Below are positions 18,485 to 28,423 of a stretch of 64,000 nucleotides of DNA, piece by piece. The translations under genes were made by a program, and so were the position numbers. Under the pieces are notes generated by a model that did no database searches, was not told where the DNA came from, and saw only the letters and a list, made by a program, of their open reading frames with translations. The stretch covers positions 1,088,001 to 1,152,000 of the forward strand of contig CAUVWX020000001.1 of NCBI GenBank assembly GCA_963555815.3, in the 5' to 3' direction. How positions within the stretch are numbered: the first letter of the stretch is position 1; each line of letters begins with the position of its first letter. The DNA comes from a bacterium. Its GTDB lineage: Bacteria; UBA8248; JACPRG01; G963555815.

Positions 18485-19897
18485 TCATGAGAGAGCGAAC
18501 TGCTCCTCGGTGGGCTCCGCTCAGCAGTACCAGGGTTCTTCTAGGTAGGGGATCGTGGCCCGCGCAGGCAGGTGGATAGAATCCGGGAGCTTTCTCACGG
18601 AGACGCCCGCCGCCTCATGGGCCAGCGTCCATATCTCCGCAAAGACATTTTGACGGGTTTCTCCCCGTTCATCTCCCGCCCTGACCAGTTCCAGGACATC
18701 CTTGTGCAACTGGTCCATCCTCGGGTCGGGATGTCGCCAGGAATAGCACAAAGCCGCTTCGTCAAATTCTCCCACCGTATCCCTCGTTTCGGGCAGCTCC
18801 AGCAGCCTGGAGCCGGCCGGGATCAGGAGGCGAATCGCGAGCTGGATCGGGGCGACTTGCGCGATCAGATCCAGCTCCACCAGGACCGACAGCAGGTCCA
18901 GATATCCCTCCATCGATGTCCACGGCGTGAATGTCACAAACGTGGGGTTTAGCCCCAGCCGGAGTTCTCTGAATATTTGGACGACACGAACAAAATCTTC
19001 GCGGGTATGGCCTTTGTCCAGGATGGAGAGGATTCGGTCGTCCACAGACTCGACGGCGCTCGTGACGAAGAGACAGCCGGTGTCCCTGAGGACGGGGAGA
19101 AAGGGGGAGTGTTTCAGGAGATGCTCAATCTTGATGGTTGCGTCGTAGGTAACGTTCGGGTGTCGCTGGTGCAGGGAGTTCACCAGCCCAATGGAGTGGC
19201 GGATTCCGTTGAAAAAATCCGGGTCTCCAAACGTGATGTGCTGCGCACCTGCGGCCACCTGTCTCTCGATGTCTTCCAGCACAACGTCTCGCTGGACGAT
19301 CCGAAACGCCCCCTGATAGACCGGCACGATGGGGCAATGACGGCAGAGGTGTTTACAGCCGCGACTCGCCTCCGTATATCCCACAATATGCTTCTGCCCG
19401 TTTCCCAGGTTCAATCGCGCATATTGGGACAGGGCTGCCAGATCGCTTCGGTCCGGGACCAGAAACTTTTGTCTGGCCAATGAGACAAGGGGTTCGGGCT
19501 GAAAATCTTTCGCCCCGCCGCTCTCCCCGTTGCGCAGTCTTCCAACAAGACTGACCAGCCCCTCCTCGAACTCGCCGCCGAGGATGGTGTCGACGCCGAG
19601 CTTTCTCAGGAAATCCGCGTTGACCGGAGCATAGAGGCCGTAAAAGCATACTTTCGCATCCGGATTGAGTGTTTTTACCTGTCTGACAACCTGTGTGGCA
19701 ATGCGCGTCGCCGTGTGCATGGGCACATAGAAAGCGATGAGGTCAGCGGCCCGGATCGCTTCCTCTTCCAGGCGTTGCCTGGAGAGGTCCACGCAAGTGA
19801 CCGACGCCCCCTCCTGCCGCAGCCAGACCGCAGGGGAGGCGAGTCCAAATGGCTGGCGCCCTAGCTCGTAGGTCGATATCAGAACGACGTTCACCAA
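18485..19897 (-). CDS. B12-binding radical SAM protein with CUAEP tail (probable selenoprotein; Sec UGA at 18521-18523)
   Basis: CKHLCRHC cluster motif; N-terminal cobalamin-binding-like domain; the frame continues PWYC-TGA-AEPTEEQFALS-TGA. Confidence 0.85.
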
Positions 19898-19919
19898 ACG
19901 TTCCCTTTAACTATTCGCT

Positions 19920-20198
19920 TCAGGTGGGTTGGGGTGGGACGTAACCCTCAGGGCGCGCTGCGCCTTCTCCAAACAAGAAGTCTTCTACCTGTTTGTTAAA
20001 GATCTTGTCCGTTTCCTCGTCCATCAAGTTGAGCTGGTACTCATTGACGATCATCTTGAAATGCTCCATGAACATGTTCCAGGCCTCTTCGGACACATTT
20101 TCAAAAACTCGCTGGCCCAGCTCGCCTGGGATCGGGGGTTCATCCAACCCGGGCAACTGTCGCTTGAGCTTGACACATTGGACCGTCCGCTGGCCCAT
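19920..20198 (-). CDS. yggX: Fe(II)-trafficking / oxidative damage protection protein, YggX family
   Basis: RTVQCVKL..PGLD.PP.PGELGQRVFENVS.EAW..KM.VNEY.LNL. Confidence 0.88.
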   Translation of the reverse strand: MGQRTVQCVKLKRQLPGLDEPPIPGELGQRVFENVSEEAWNMFMEHFKMIVNEYQLNLMDEETDKIFNKQVEDFLFGEGAARPEGYVPPQPT

Positions 20199-20317
20199 GA
20201 CGATTCCCCCAAATCCCTTTGCAGGGGGGTTTTGGTGTCTTCCTGCTTTCCCCCCGAACCCTCTTTAGATCAATATAGCAGAATCCCATCTGCGGGCAAC
20301 GAGATCCTTAGAAGTGA

Positions 20318-20905
20318 TTAGACCTTTTCATTCAACCCGCGCAACCCGCGCAGCCAGGACTCGACAGTTTTTGCAACCTCCTCTAGGTCCGTGTATGGGA
20401 CCAATGTGACCAGTTGCGGGTAGTCTGTTTTCAATTGAATGATGTTGGTGAGGTTGATCCCGAGTTTCCCGACCTCCGGATTGTAAAACCCGAGGATGCG
20501 TTTCCCTTCATGTATAAACCTCATTGAGTTGATTCCAGAACCGAGGCCTGCCTCGTCATAGCAGTAGATGGCGACAGCGGCTTGGCTTCGAAATAGGGCG
20601 TCTCTTTCAGAGATAAACCGAGCCAATATCTCGTCTTCACTCTCTTTGTTTTTGGCCTTTTCCAAATAGGACTTCCATTCTCTGTCGTAATATTCAAAAG
20701 GGTCACAGACCCTGTCGATCAGCCTGTCAAGAGAGAGATCGGGAAATTGTGTTTGGTAGAATCGAAATTTGGTGTCGTAATCTAGGCCGGTTTGCTGAAG
20801 CGTCTTGATGACCGTCCGTTTAAAATCCCTGGTCCTGTCCGTCGCATTCTTGCCTTTTCCGCTCACATAGCAGGGGATCATGACATTTTCTTGTTTCCAT
20901 CCCAC
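20318..20905 (-). CDS. hypothetical protein, possibly nucleoside 2-deoxyribosyltransferase-like fold
   Basis: 195-aa low-GC ORF; CYVSG...ERD..AIY.YDE.G.GSG..GKRILG pattern. Confidence 0.6.
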   Translation of the reverse strand: MGWKQENVMIPCYVSGKGKNATDRTRDFKRTVIKTLQQTGLDYDTKFRFYQTQFPDLSLDRLIDRVCDPFEYYDREWKSYLEKAKNKESEDEILARFISERDALFRSQAAVAIYCYDEAGLGSGINSMRFIHEGKRILGFYNPEVGKLGINLTNIIQLKTDYPQLVTLVPYTDLEEVAKTVESWLRGLRGLNEKV

Positions 20906-20961
20906 GGGCTTGGGGAGAAAAGGAAGGCCTGACGTTCGATGCCCCGCGCAGGGCTAAACCC

Positions 20962-21366
20962 CTAGTCCGCCCAGAGGCTGGAATTCTTCTCCCGAGACTC
21001 CCGTTCCAGCGCTTCTCCTTCAGCCGATAGATCGGTTTCAGGGACACATTTGCCGCAGGGACAGCGGTCCCGAAGGAAGTCGAAAGCGTAGATGCCGGTG
21101 CTGTGGCCGTCGTTCCAACGAAAGTTTAGGGCGTAGCGACCCACCACTTCAGCGATGTCCACTTCCATTGGGGAGCCTTCGGGGAGGACGCGGGGTGGGG
21201 CCTCCTTTCCCTTCTTGCGCAGATCACGGCAGATGGCACAGGGGCAGATATGACGGAGGTAGTCAAAAGGATAGCGGCTCTCATGGCCGTCCTTCCAGGA
21301 GATTTTCAGAAGCCTCTTTTTGTCCACCTTGATGTCGGCAGGGGAGGTGGTTTCTTTGGAGGTCAT
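20962..21366 (-). CDS. DUF971 / GBBH N-terminal-like protein
   Basis: I.W.DGH.S.Y..LR..CPCA.C ... VGRYAL..W.DGHSTGIY. Confidence 0.88.
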   Translation of the reverse strand: MTSKETTSPADIKVDKKRLLKISWKDGHESRYPFDYLRHICPCAICRDLRKKGKEAPPRVLPEGSPMEVDIAEVVGRYALNFRWNDGHSTGIYAFDFLRDRCPCGKCVPETDLSAEGEALERESREKNSSLWAD

Positions 21367-21386
21367 GGAGAGGCCCTCAGCCCGCT

Positions 21387-23033
21387 TCAGGAGACCACGG
21401 GCTCAGCCGCCCGAACCGCTTGGGAAGCCTCAGAGGCGAACCGTTCAAAATTCTTGCGGAACAGGCCGGCGAGTTCATTGGCCTTAGTCCGGTAGGCCGC
21501 CCCGTCGGCCCATTGGTTCTCGGGCTTGAGGATCTCCGACGGCACCTCCGGGCAGGACTCCGGCACTTCTACTCCGAAGATGGGGTCCGGGGTATAAGCC
21601 ATCTCGTCGAGGGACCCGTTGAGGGCAGCGCTCAGGAGGGCGCGCGTGTAGGCGAGCTTCATTCTGGGGACCTGGCCCGGTCCTCCTCCGATCCAGCCGG
21701 TATTGACCAGCCAGACCCTGGAGTTGTGCTCTTGGGTTTTCTCCCGGAGCATCTGGGCATAGCGGGTGGGATGATGGGCGAGGAAGGGAGACCCGAAGCA
21801 GGTGCTGAAGGTGGCCTCGGGCTCCTTTAGGCCGGCCTCGGTCCCAGCCACTTTGGCGGTGTATCCCGAGAGGAAGTGGTACATGGTCTGCTCGGGCCCC
21901 AGCCGGCTGATGGGGGGAATGACCCCAGAGGCATCGCAGGTGAGGAAGAAGATGTTGCGGGGATGGCCGCCGACTCCCGGGATGACGCAGTTCTCAATGT
22001 GCTCCACCGGGTAGGTGGCCCGGGTGTTCTCGGTGATGGAGTCATCGTCGTAGTCCAGGACCCGGGTCTCCGGGTTCACAATGACGTTCTCCAGGACTGA
22101 GCCGAAGTGGATGGCGTTGTAGATCTGAGGTTCCCCCTCCTGGGAGAGGCGGATGGTCTTGGCGTAGCATCCCCCCTCGAAGTTGAAGATCCCCTCGTTG
22201 GACCAGCCGTGCTCGTCGTCACCAATGAGGCGTCGGATCGGGTCCGCTGAGAGAGTCGTCTTCCCCGTTCCAGAGAGGCCGAAGAAGAGGGCGGTCGTTC
22301 CGTCGTGGTCCATGTTGGCCGAGCAATGCATGGGGAAGACCCCCTTTTCTGGGAGGAGATAGTTCAAAATGGAGAAGATGGACTTCTTCATCTCCCCGGC
22401 ATAACAGGTTCCCCCGATGAGGACGAGCTTCTTCTCATAGCTCACGATGATGAAGGCTTCGCTGCGGGTCCCGTCCACCTCGGGAATGGCGCGCAGACCG
22501 CAGGCGTTGATGATGGTGAATTCCGGTCGATGGCTGGGAAGTTCCTCTGCCGGCGGTCTCAGGAAGAGGGTCCGGGCGAAGAGGGAGTGCCAGGCCCTCT
22601 CAGTGACGACCCGGATGGGCATGCGGTAATTCTCATCCGCGCACACCCAACCGTTGAAGACAAAAAGCTCCTTGCCCTGCAGATAGGCCCGGACACGCTC
22701 AAGGAGATGGTCGAACTTAGCCGCTTCGAAGGGACGGTTGACCGGACCCCACCAGATCTTCTCGCGGGTGTCGGGCTCCTCGACGGTGAACTTGTCTTTA
22801 GGGCTGCGGCCCGTGTAGGGGTCCGTGCGGACGACCAGTGCCCCTCCGGGCGCCAGGAACCCCTCTTCCCGCGCCACGGCCATCTCCACCAGCCGCGGAA
22901 CAGCAAGATTCCAGTGGACCGGGCCGATGTGAATGAGGCCGTGGGCTTCGAGCCCCAAGGGAGGGGCGGCGCTCTGAGGGTTTTTGGAAGCGGCCTGCCC
23001 GCCCGCTTCGACTCTGCCTTGGCCCGCATGCAT
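21387..23033 (-). CDS. pckA: phosphoenolpyruvate carboxykinase (ATP)
   Basis: TGRSPKDK, YAGEMKKS, FGLSGTGKTTLS, IGDDEHGW, EGGCYAK. Confidence 0.97.
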   Translation of the reverse strand: MHAGQGRVEAGGQAASKNPQSAAPPLGLEAHGLIHIGPVHWNLAVPRLVEMAVAREEGFLAPGGALVVRTDPYTGRSPKDKFTVEEPDTREKIWWGPVNRPFEAAKFDHLLERVRAYLQGKELFVFNGWVCADENYRMPIRVVTERAWHSLFARTLFLRPPAEELPSHRPEFTIINACGLRAIPEVDGTRSEAFIIVSYEKKLVLIGGTCYAGEMKKSIFSILNYLLPEKGVFPMHCSANMDHDGTTALFFGLSGTGKTTLSADPIRRLIGDDEHGWSNEGIFNFEGGCYAKTIRLSQEGEPQIYNAIHFGSVLENVIVNPETRVLDYDDDSITENTRATYPVEHIENCVIPGVGGHPRNIFFLTCDASGVIPPISRLGPEQTMYHFLSGYTAKVAGTEAGLKEPEATFSTCFGSPFLAHHPTRYAQMLREKTQEHNSRVWLVNTGWIGGGPGQVPRMKLAYTRALLSAALNGSLDEMAYTPDPIFGVEVPESCPEVPSEILKPENQWADGAAYRTKANELAGLFRKNFERFASEASQAVRAAEPVVS

Positions 23034-23134
23034 GTGGTTTTCCTCCCTATCTGCTAGGAAACTCCGGAGTTCTAGCTCCGGCGTCCTGATTTTCTAAGGG
23101 GTCTCAACTCCTCTTAACATAGACTTTTTAGCGT

Positions 23135-24775
23135 ATGCTACGCAAGGGGAAGGGGGGGGTTGGAGTAGATCGTCCGGTTTCACTGGGGCTTCAACCCTTG
23201 GCTGTTGCGGTTTTGGACCATGAGAGAAGACATCAATCGGAAGATTCAAGCTGGGCTCCGGGGCCTCCTGCCCAAGCCCCCCTGGCGTGGCTCCAGAGGT
23301 TCGCCCAGGGGTATCCAAACGTCTACCTCGTCGGAGGATTTCTGAGGGATATCGCCCTTGCGGAAGGTGGGGGTCTTGGCCGAATCGAGGAAATCGACTG
23401 CGCTGTCCAGGGGGCAGAGAAATGCGCCCGCGCATTTGCTAAGACGGTTCAAGGCCGGGTCGTTTCCCTGGACCCACGCGTCTGGCGTGTCGTGGTGGGA
23501 AAGCCCGGTCCCACTTAGGTCGATTTCACTGAGCTTCGGGCCAAAGATATCGAGGCGGACCTTCGGGGCAGGGATTTTGGGGTGAACGCCCTCGCTTGTC
23601 CGCTTCCCCTCGAAGTCAACGGCGAGGGACGTCTGATTGACCCATGCGGGGGTCTTGACGATCTCGCAACCAGGACCATTCGGGCCGTCTCCCCCAGCAC
23701 TATCCAGGAAGACCCCATCCGGGCCCTTCGGGCTTTTCGTTTGGCCGCCCAATGGACCCTTACACTGGAGGCCCAGACCGAGACCCTTCTGATGCGGGAA
23801 GGTCACCTCATCTCGCGTTCAGCACCCGAGCGGATCCGAGAGGAAGGTTTTAGGCTTCTGAGGCTGCCTTCGGCCACTCCCGCTGTGCGGAGGATGGCGG
23901 ACGTAGGCCTCCTCTTCACCCTTCTCCCCGAGTGCGAGACCATGAGGGGGATCGCCCAGGAGGATAGCAGGGGAATCCACGCGGGCGACCTCCTCAGTCA
24001 CTCTCTGGACACCCTGGAGGTCCTGGAATCCCTCCTCAGAGAGGCCGAGGGAGGTGCCCCTGGCAGACCGGCGTATGAGGATCTGTTTTCGGGTCACGGA
24101 CGACGCTTAAGCCGATACCTGAGGCCTGTCTTCCGAATCCCTGTTCTCAAGATCGCGGCTCTATTGCACGACATGGGAAAGCCTCGCTGCCGGGAGGTCG
24201 GGGCCGACGGAAAAATTCACTTTTACGGCCATGAGGAGGTGGGCGCCGAGATGGCGGACTCCCTTGCAAAGAGACTTCGCTTCAGCCGAAGGGAGAGGGA
24301 GTGTTTGAGGGGGCTCGTCCGCCAACACATGAGGCTGGCCCTCCTCATGGTCTCCTTCGAAGGGAAGCCCGTCAGCCGGCGGGCCGTCTTTCGTCTGGGC
24401 CGGGATGCGGGCGAAGATCTAGCCGGCCTCGTTTTCCTGGGGAGCGCGGACGCCCGGGCCAAGGGGGGGCCCCTCGCGCCAGGAGAGGTTTTTATGGGTT
24501 TTGCCAGGGGGTTTCTTGAGGTCTCTGAAGAGGTTTTAGGGCCATCCACTGACAGGGGCGCAACACCCTCTCGCTGGATCAATGGTCACGACCTGCAAAA
24601 ACTCTTCAAGCTTGCCCCCGGGCCTCGTTTGGGGGCGATCCTCTCGGGCCTGGAGGAGGCCCAGGGCGCCGGCGAGGTTTCTTGCCGCGAGGAGGCCCTG
24701 GCGTGGATTGAAAGGCTCCTCAAGAGAGGGGAGAAATCCGGGGAATCAGTTGCCAATCAGGCCGAAGGGGCATAA
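23135..24775 (+). pseudogene. tRNA nucleotidyltransferase (CCA/poly(A) polymerase family) with HD domain, interrupted by an in-frame TAG at 23516-23518; start uncertain
   Basis: YLVGGFLRD, then TAG-VDF..DLRGRDFGVNALA, EDPIRALRAFR, ERIREE, ALLHDMGK, FYGHE, all in one frame. Confidence 0.8.
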
Positions 24776-24862
24776 TATATGGGAAAGGGTAAATTTTAAA
24801 CGTATTGATTTCTAAGGTTTTGCCTTTAGAGATTTCAATCTTCGGCCAAAAGGATCTGAGTC

Positions 24863-26047
24863 ATGGCAAAGACGTATGACCAGTTGATGGAAGACGCCCG
24901 AAAGGTTGTCCAGGAGCTAACGCCTGAAGAGGCCAAGGAGAGGCTGGAGGGGAATGAGAAGCCAATCATCCTCGACGTGCGTGAAAAGGACGAACAGCGC
25001 CAGGGCTACATTCCCGAAGCGGTCTTGCTTCCCAGGGGATTTCTGGAGATCCAGGTGGGCGGGGCCATCCCCGACAAGGAGCGTCCCGTCATCGTCTACT
25101 GTGCGGGAGGCGTCCGTTCCCTCCTGGCGGCCAACACGCTGAAGCAGATGGGTTATGAGTCTGTCGCCTCCATGAAGGAGGGGTTTAACGGTTGGAAGAA
25201 CCGCGGTTACAGTTTCAGCGAGGACTTCCAGCTCAAGCCCGATCAGATCAGCCGCTACAGCCGTCACATCATGCTCTCCCAGGTGGGCGAGAAGGGGCAG
25301 GGGGATCTCCTCCAGTCCAAGGTCCTCCTCATTGGGGCGGGCGGACTCGGCTCTCCGTCGGGCTTTTATTTGGCGGCGGCGGGTGTGGGAACCCTCGGCA
25401 TTGTCGACTTTGACGTGGTGGACCGGAGCAACCTTCAGCGCCAGATCCTCCACCGCGACACCGACGTGGGTCGTCCCAAGACGGAGTCGGCGAAAGAGAC
25501 CCTGCAGGCACTGAACCCGGATGTCAATGTGATCACTTATCAGGAGCGCCTCTCGTCGGACAACATTATGGACCTCATCTCCAACTACGACATCGTCGTG
25601 GACGGCTCCGACAACTTCCCGACCCGATACCTGGTGAATGACGCCTGTGTCTTTGCTGGAAAGCCCAATGTCCACGGGAGCGTCTTCCAGTTTGAGGGCC
25701 AGACGACCATCTTCTACCCCAAGGCCGGCGGACCCTGCTACCGTTGCCTTTATCCCCTTCCTCCTCCTCCGGGCATGGCCCCGAGCTGCGCCGAGGCCGG
25801 GGTCCTGGGTGTGCTCCCTGGGGTGGTGGGGACCCTACAGGCGATGGAGGCCATCAAGCTCATCTTGAAGAAGGGGGAGCCCCTCGTCGGGCGCCTCCTC
25901 CTCTACGACGCCCTCTCCATGAAGTTCCGGGAGCTGAAGCTGAAGCGTGATCCCTCCTGCCCCGTCTGCGGCGATCACCCTGAGATCAAGGAGCTCATCG
26001 ACTACGAGGCCTTCTGCGCGGGAGTTTCAAGCGACGGCACCCACTAG
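24863..26047 (+). CDS. moeB: N-terminal rhodanese-MoeB/ThiF adenylyltransferase fusion
   Basis: LDVRE..YCAGGVRS rhodanese domain; RYSRH, GAGGLG, SNLQRQ, CYRC, SCAEAG, CPVC. Confidence 0.9.
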   Translation: MAKTYDQLMEDARKVVQELTPEEAKERLEGNEKPIILDVREKDEQRQGYIPEAVLLPRGFLEIQVGGAIPDKERPVIVYCAGGVRSLLAANTLKQMGYESVASMKEGFNGWKNRGYSFSEDFQLKPDQISRYSRHIMLSQVGEKGQGDLLQSKVLLIGAGGLGSPSGFYLAAAGVGTLGIVDFDVVDRSNLQRQILHRDTDVGRPKTESAKETLQALNPDVNVITYQERLSSDNIMDLISNYDIVVDGSDNFPTRYLVNDACVFAGKPNVHGSVFQFEGQTTIFYPKAGGPCYRCLYPLPPPPGMAPSCAEAGVLGVLPGVVGTLQAMEAIKLILKKGEPLVGRLLLYDALSMKFRELKLKRDPSCPVCGDHPEIKELIDYEAFCAGVSSDGTH

Positions 26048-26216
26048 AAGGTGGGCAAGGGCGTTGTCTGAGGAAACTCAGCTTATCCCGGGCCGGGTGT
26101 TCTTTCCGTTCAAATAAGACAATTTGTTCGACCCGTTGAGGGGTCCACGGGTTTGCCGGATGCCACTGGCTGCTTGCGGCCAACGGTGTCCGGCCGCCGC
26201 ACGCCCATGTGGACCC

Positions 26217-27227
26217 TCAGTACTTCACCGCAAGATTGGTGTTGATGCTGACGTCGTTCTTCTCCACCCCCGGTCTGGGATCGTTATCGTATTCGTCCGT
26301 CACGACGAAGTCCAAAGAGAGAAAATCCGTAATGGGGGTCGAGAAGATCAGTTGCCCGTTGGCCAAAAAATTTGTTTCGGGGTTTCTAAGCTTTGGGAGG
26401 TAGGCTGCTTTTAGGGAGAGAGTGGATTGAAAGATCTTCTGCTCCCAAGCGGTTCCGACGAGCCCGGCCAAGTTGGTCTCGCGCTGTCCGTCCCGGAAAA
26501 ACTCCTGAATAGAGGAGATGCCGATTTCCCCGCTGAGCTCTGTCCGGTCGGTCCGGATGAAAAAGTAGCCGGGCCCCACGGTTTCCGTGTGACGCAGGTC
26601 GAGTTCTTCCGCGCGGTCGGTCTCCAGGTCCACGAGGCCGAAGGCGAAGAGGCGATCGGTGAAGAGGTAGTCGTATCGACCGGAGAGGCTTCCCTTGTCA
26701 GTATCCAGCGTGCCCCGGGTCTCTTTTCTCTCGTAGACCCCTTGCAAGGCAAAACGGTCGGAGCGGGTCCGCCGTGTCAAGTTTCCACGGAAGTTGAGGC
26801 CGAAGGAATCCGTGTTGCCCGACTGGTGGGCGAGGCCCGCGCTGATCTTCCCCTTCCAGAGTCTGGCGCGGGGTGTCTGGATGTCCAGTTGTTCAAGCTC
26901 AGCAAGGGAGATTCGAAGGGGTTCCTCGGAATCTTCAGAACGAATCACCCAGACGCCCGATTCAAACTTCTCGAGTGTTCCGGTCAGCTCCCGTCCGCTG
27001 TGGGTGATCAGGCGAATGGGCTTCTTGCCCTCTAAGCTGCTGATGTCTTTCCATGGAATTCGGAGTTCCCCGAGGATGGGGGATTTGAGCAGAACCACTT
27101 CTTCACTCAAGCCTGCGATTTCGCCCGTCAAACGGTCCCCGTTTTTTAATGTCACTTGATCTGCAGCAGCGATTCCGACGAGCAACACGAGAAGCGACCA
27201 TGCGGTGAAACAGCACCGAAGCAACAC
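26217..27227 (-). CDS. DUF481-like outer-membrane beta-barrel protein
   Basis: Signal peptide, DQVTLKNGDRLTG, SGNT, alternating beta pattern, C-terminal Tyr. Confidence 0.8.
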   Translation of the reverse strand: MLLRCCFTAWSLLVLLVGIAAADQVTLKNGDRLTGEIAGLSEEVVLLKSPILGELRIPWKDISSLEGKKPIRLITHSGRELTGTLEKFESGVWVIRSEDSEEPLRISLAELEQLDIQTPRARLWKGKISAGLAHQSGNTDSFGLNFRGNLTRRTRSDRFALQGVYERKETRGTLDTDKGSLSGRYDYLFTDRLFAFGLVDLETDRAEELDLRHTETVGPGYFFIRTDRTELSGEIGISSIQEFFRDGQRETNLAGLVGTAWEQKIFQSTLSLKAAYLPKLRNPETNFLANGQLIFSTPITDFLSLDFVVTDEYDNDPRPGVEKNDVSINTNLAVKY

Positions 27228-27347
27228 TGTGGGCTCCTTTCACTAAATCGGGTGCCGAAGACAATCGTGGTCTTGAGAAGCGACGGCTAGGCTCATGGAA
27301 TTGACGATGGTGTTCCGCGATTCTCTACTGACCCAGCGAAGGCTCCC

Positions 27348-28271
27348 TTACGGAACCGACGAGGTGTCCTGGGGTTCTTCGACCGCCTTCTTGACGGAGA
27401 AGGGGGTAATGACGATTTCGATGCGGCGGTTTTGCTGGCGGCCTTTCGATGTGCCGTTGCTGGCAACGGGCTGGTATTTCGAAAACCCAACGGCCGAGAG
27501 GAGGGTTGGGTCCAATCCCACCTGGGCTTCCAGATAGCGGACGACCGTTGTTGCCCGAAGTGTCGAGAGCTCCCAGTTGTCCCGGAAGCGGCCTGCGGTG
27601 GGGCGGACAGGGACATTGTCCGTGTGGCCCTCCACCTGGATGCGCTTTCCTTCGACCCCCTTGAGGATCTGTCCCACCCTGTTGAGGATCCCCGTTCCTT
27701 CCTCGTTAATCTCGGCGCTCCCTATGGGGAAGAGGATTCGATTCAGCACGCTCAAATGGAGCCTTCCCTGGATCTCGCTGATCTGAATCTTTCCCTCACT
27801 CACCTCCCGCTCGAGATCCTGCACCAGGCGGTCGTAGACGGTGCTCCTTCGCTCCAGGCGCTCCTCCCGCTGTGTGGCCCGTGAGAGACGCGTCCGGTAC
27901 ACCCGAAGCCCCTCGGAAAGGGCGTCCCGGTCTTCCCGAAGGGTCTGGACCTCGTTTTCAAGGAGGATGGCGTCCTCTTCAAGCCGGCGGTCCTTCGCCC
28001 GAAGCGCTTCGAGCTCTTGCTCCGCGCGGGCCAGACGCTCCCCCGCTCCGGGTCCGCCCTCGTTCAGCTCGGCCTCAACCTCCTCGTAGGCGGTCTTCCA
28101 CTCGCCGATGACCCCTAGAAGCTCGTCGTTCTCACCTTGGAGGACGCTGACGGTGGACCGAAGCTCTCGGGTCTCAGTCAATATGGACTGGTGCTCGTCG
28201 ATGGGGACGCAGCCAAAGAGAAAGCCCAGAAGGAGGGGTGCCCATCTGCCCGTTTTCTTCGAAAGATTCAT
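27348..28271 (-). CDS. OmpA/MotB-domain lipoprotein with long coiled coil
   Basis: Lipobox LFGC; EGHTDNVP, NWELST.RA, NRRIEI. Confidence 0.88.
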   Translation of the reverse strand: MNLSKKTGRWAPLLLGFLFGCVPIDEHQSILTETRELRSTVSVLQGENDELLGVIGEWKTAYEEVEAELNEGGPGAGERLARAEQELEALRAKDRRLEEDAILLENEVQTLREDRDALSEGLRVYRTRLSRATQREERLERRSTVYDRLVQDLEREVSEGKIQISEIQGRLHLSVLNRILFPIGSAEINEEGTGILNRVGQILKGVEGKRIQVEGHTDNVPVRPTAGRFRDNWELSTLRATTVVRYLEAQVGLDPTLLSAVGFSKYQPVASNGTSKGRQQNRRIEIVITPFSVKKAVEEPQDTSSVP

Positions 28272-28423
28272 CTCGAAGGCTCCTGCTCCTCGGCTTAAAG
28301 CCGAAACGGGAGATCCGATCCCGGAAGGAGAATACCATATCAAAGGGTCTGCGGGGAAACATTTCACCGGTTTGGTCCTGCCCTGCCGGGTGTGACAGCC
28401 TACATTCGATCTCCCCCCCGCAA

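Noticed and set aside
26141..26216. SRP (4.5S) RNA
   Set aside because: It contains GCAGCC but lacks the conserved CAGG...GGAA...AGCAG domain IV arrangement.
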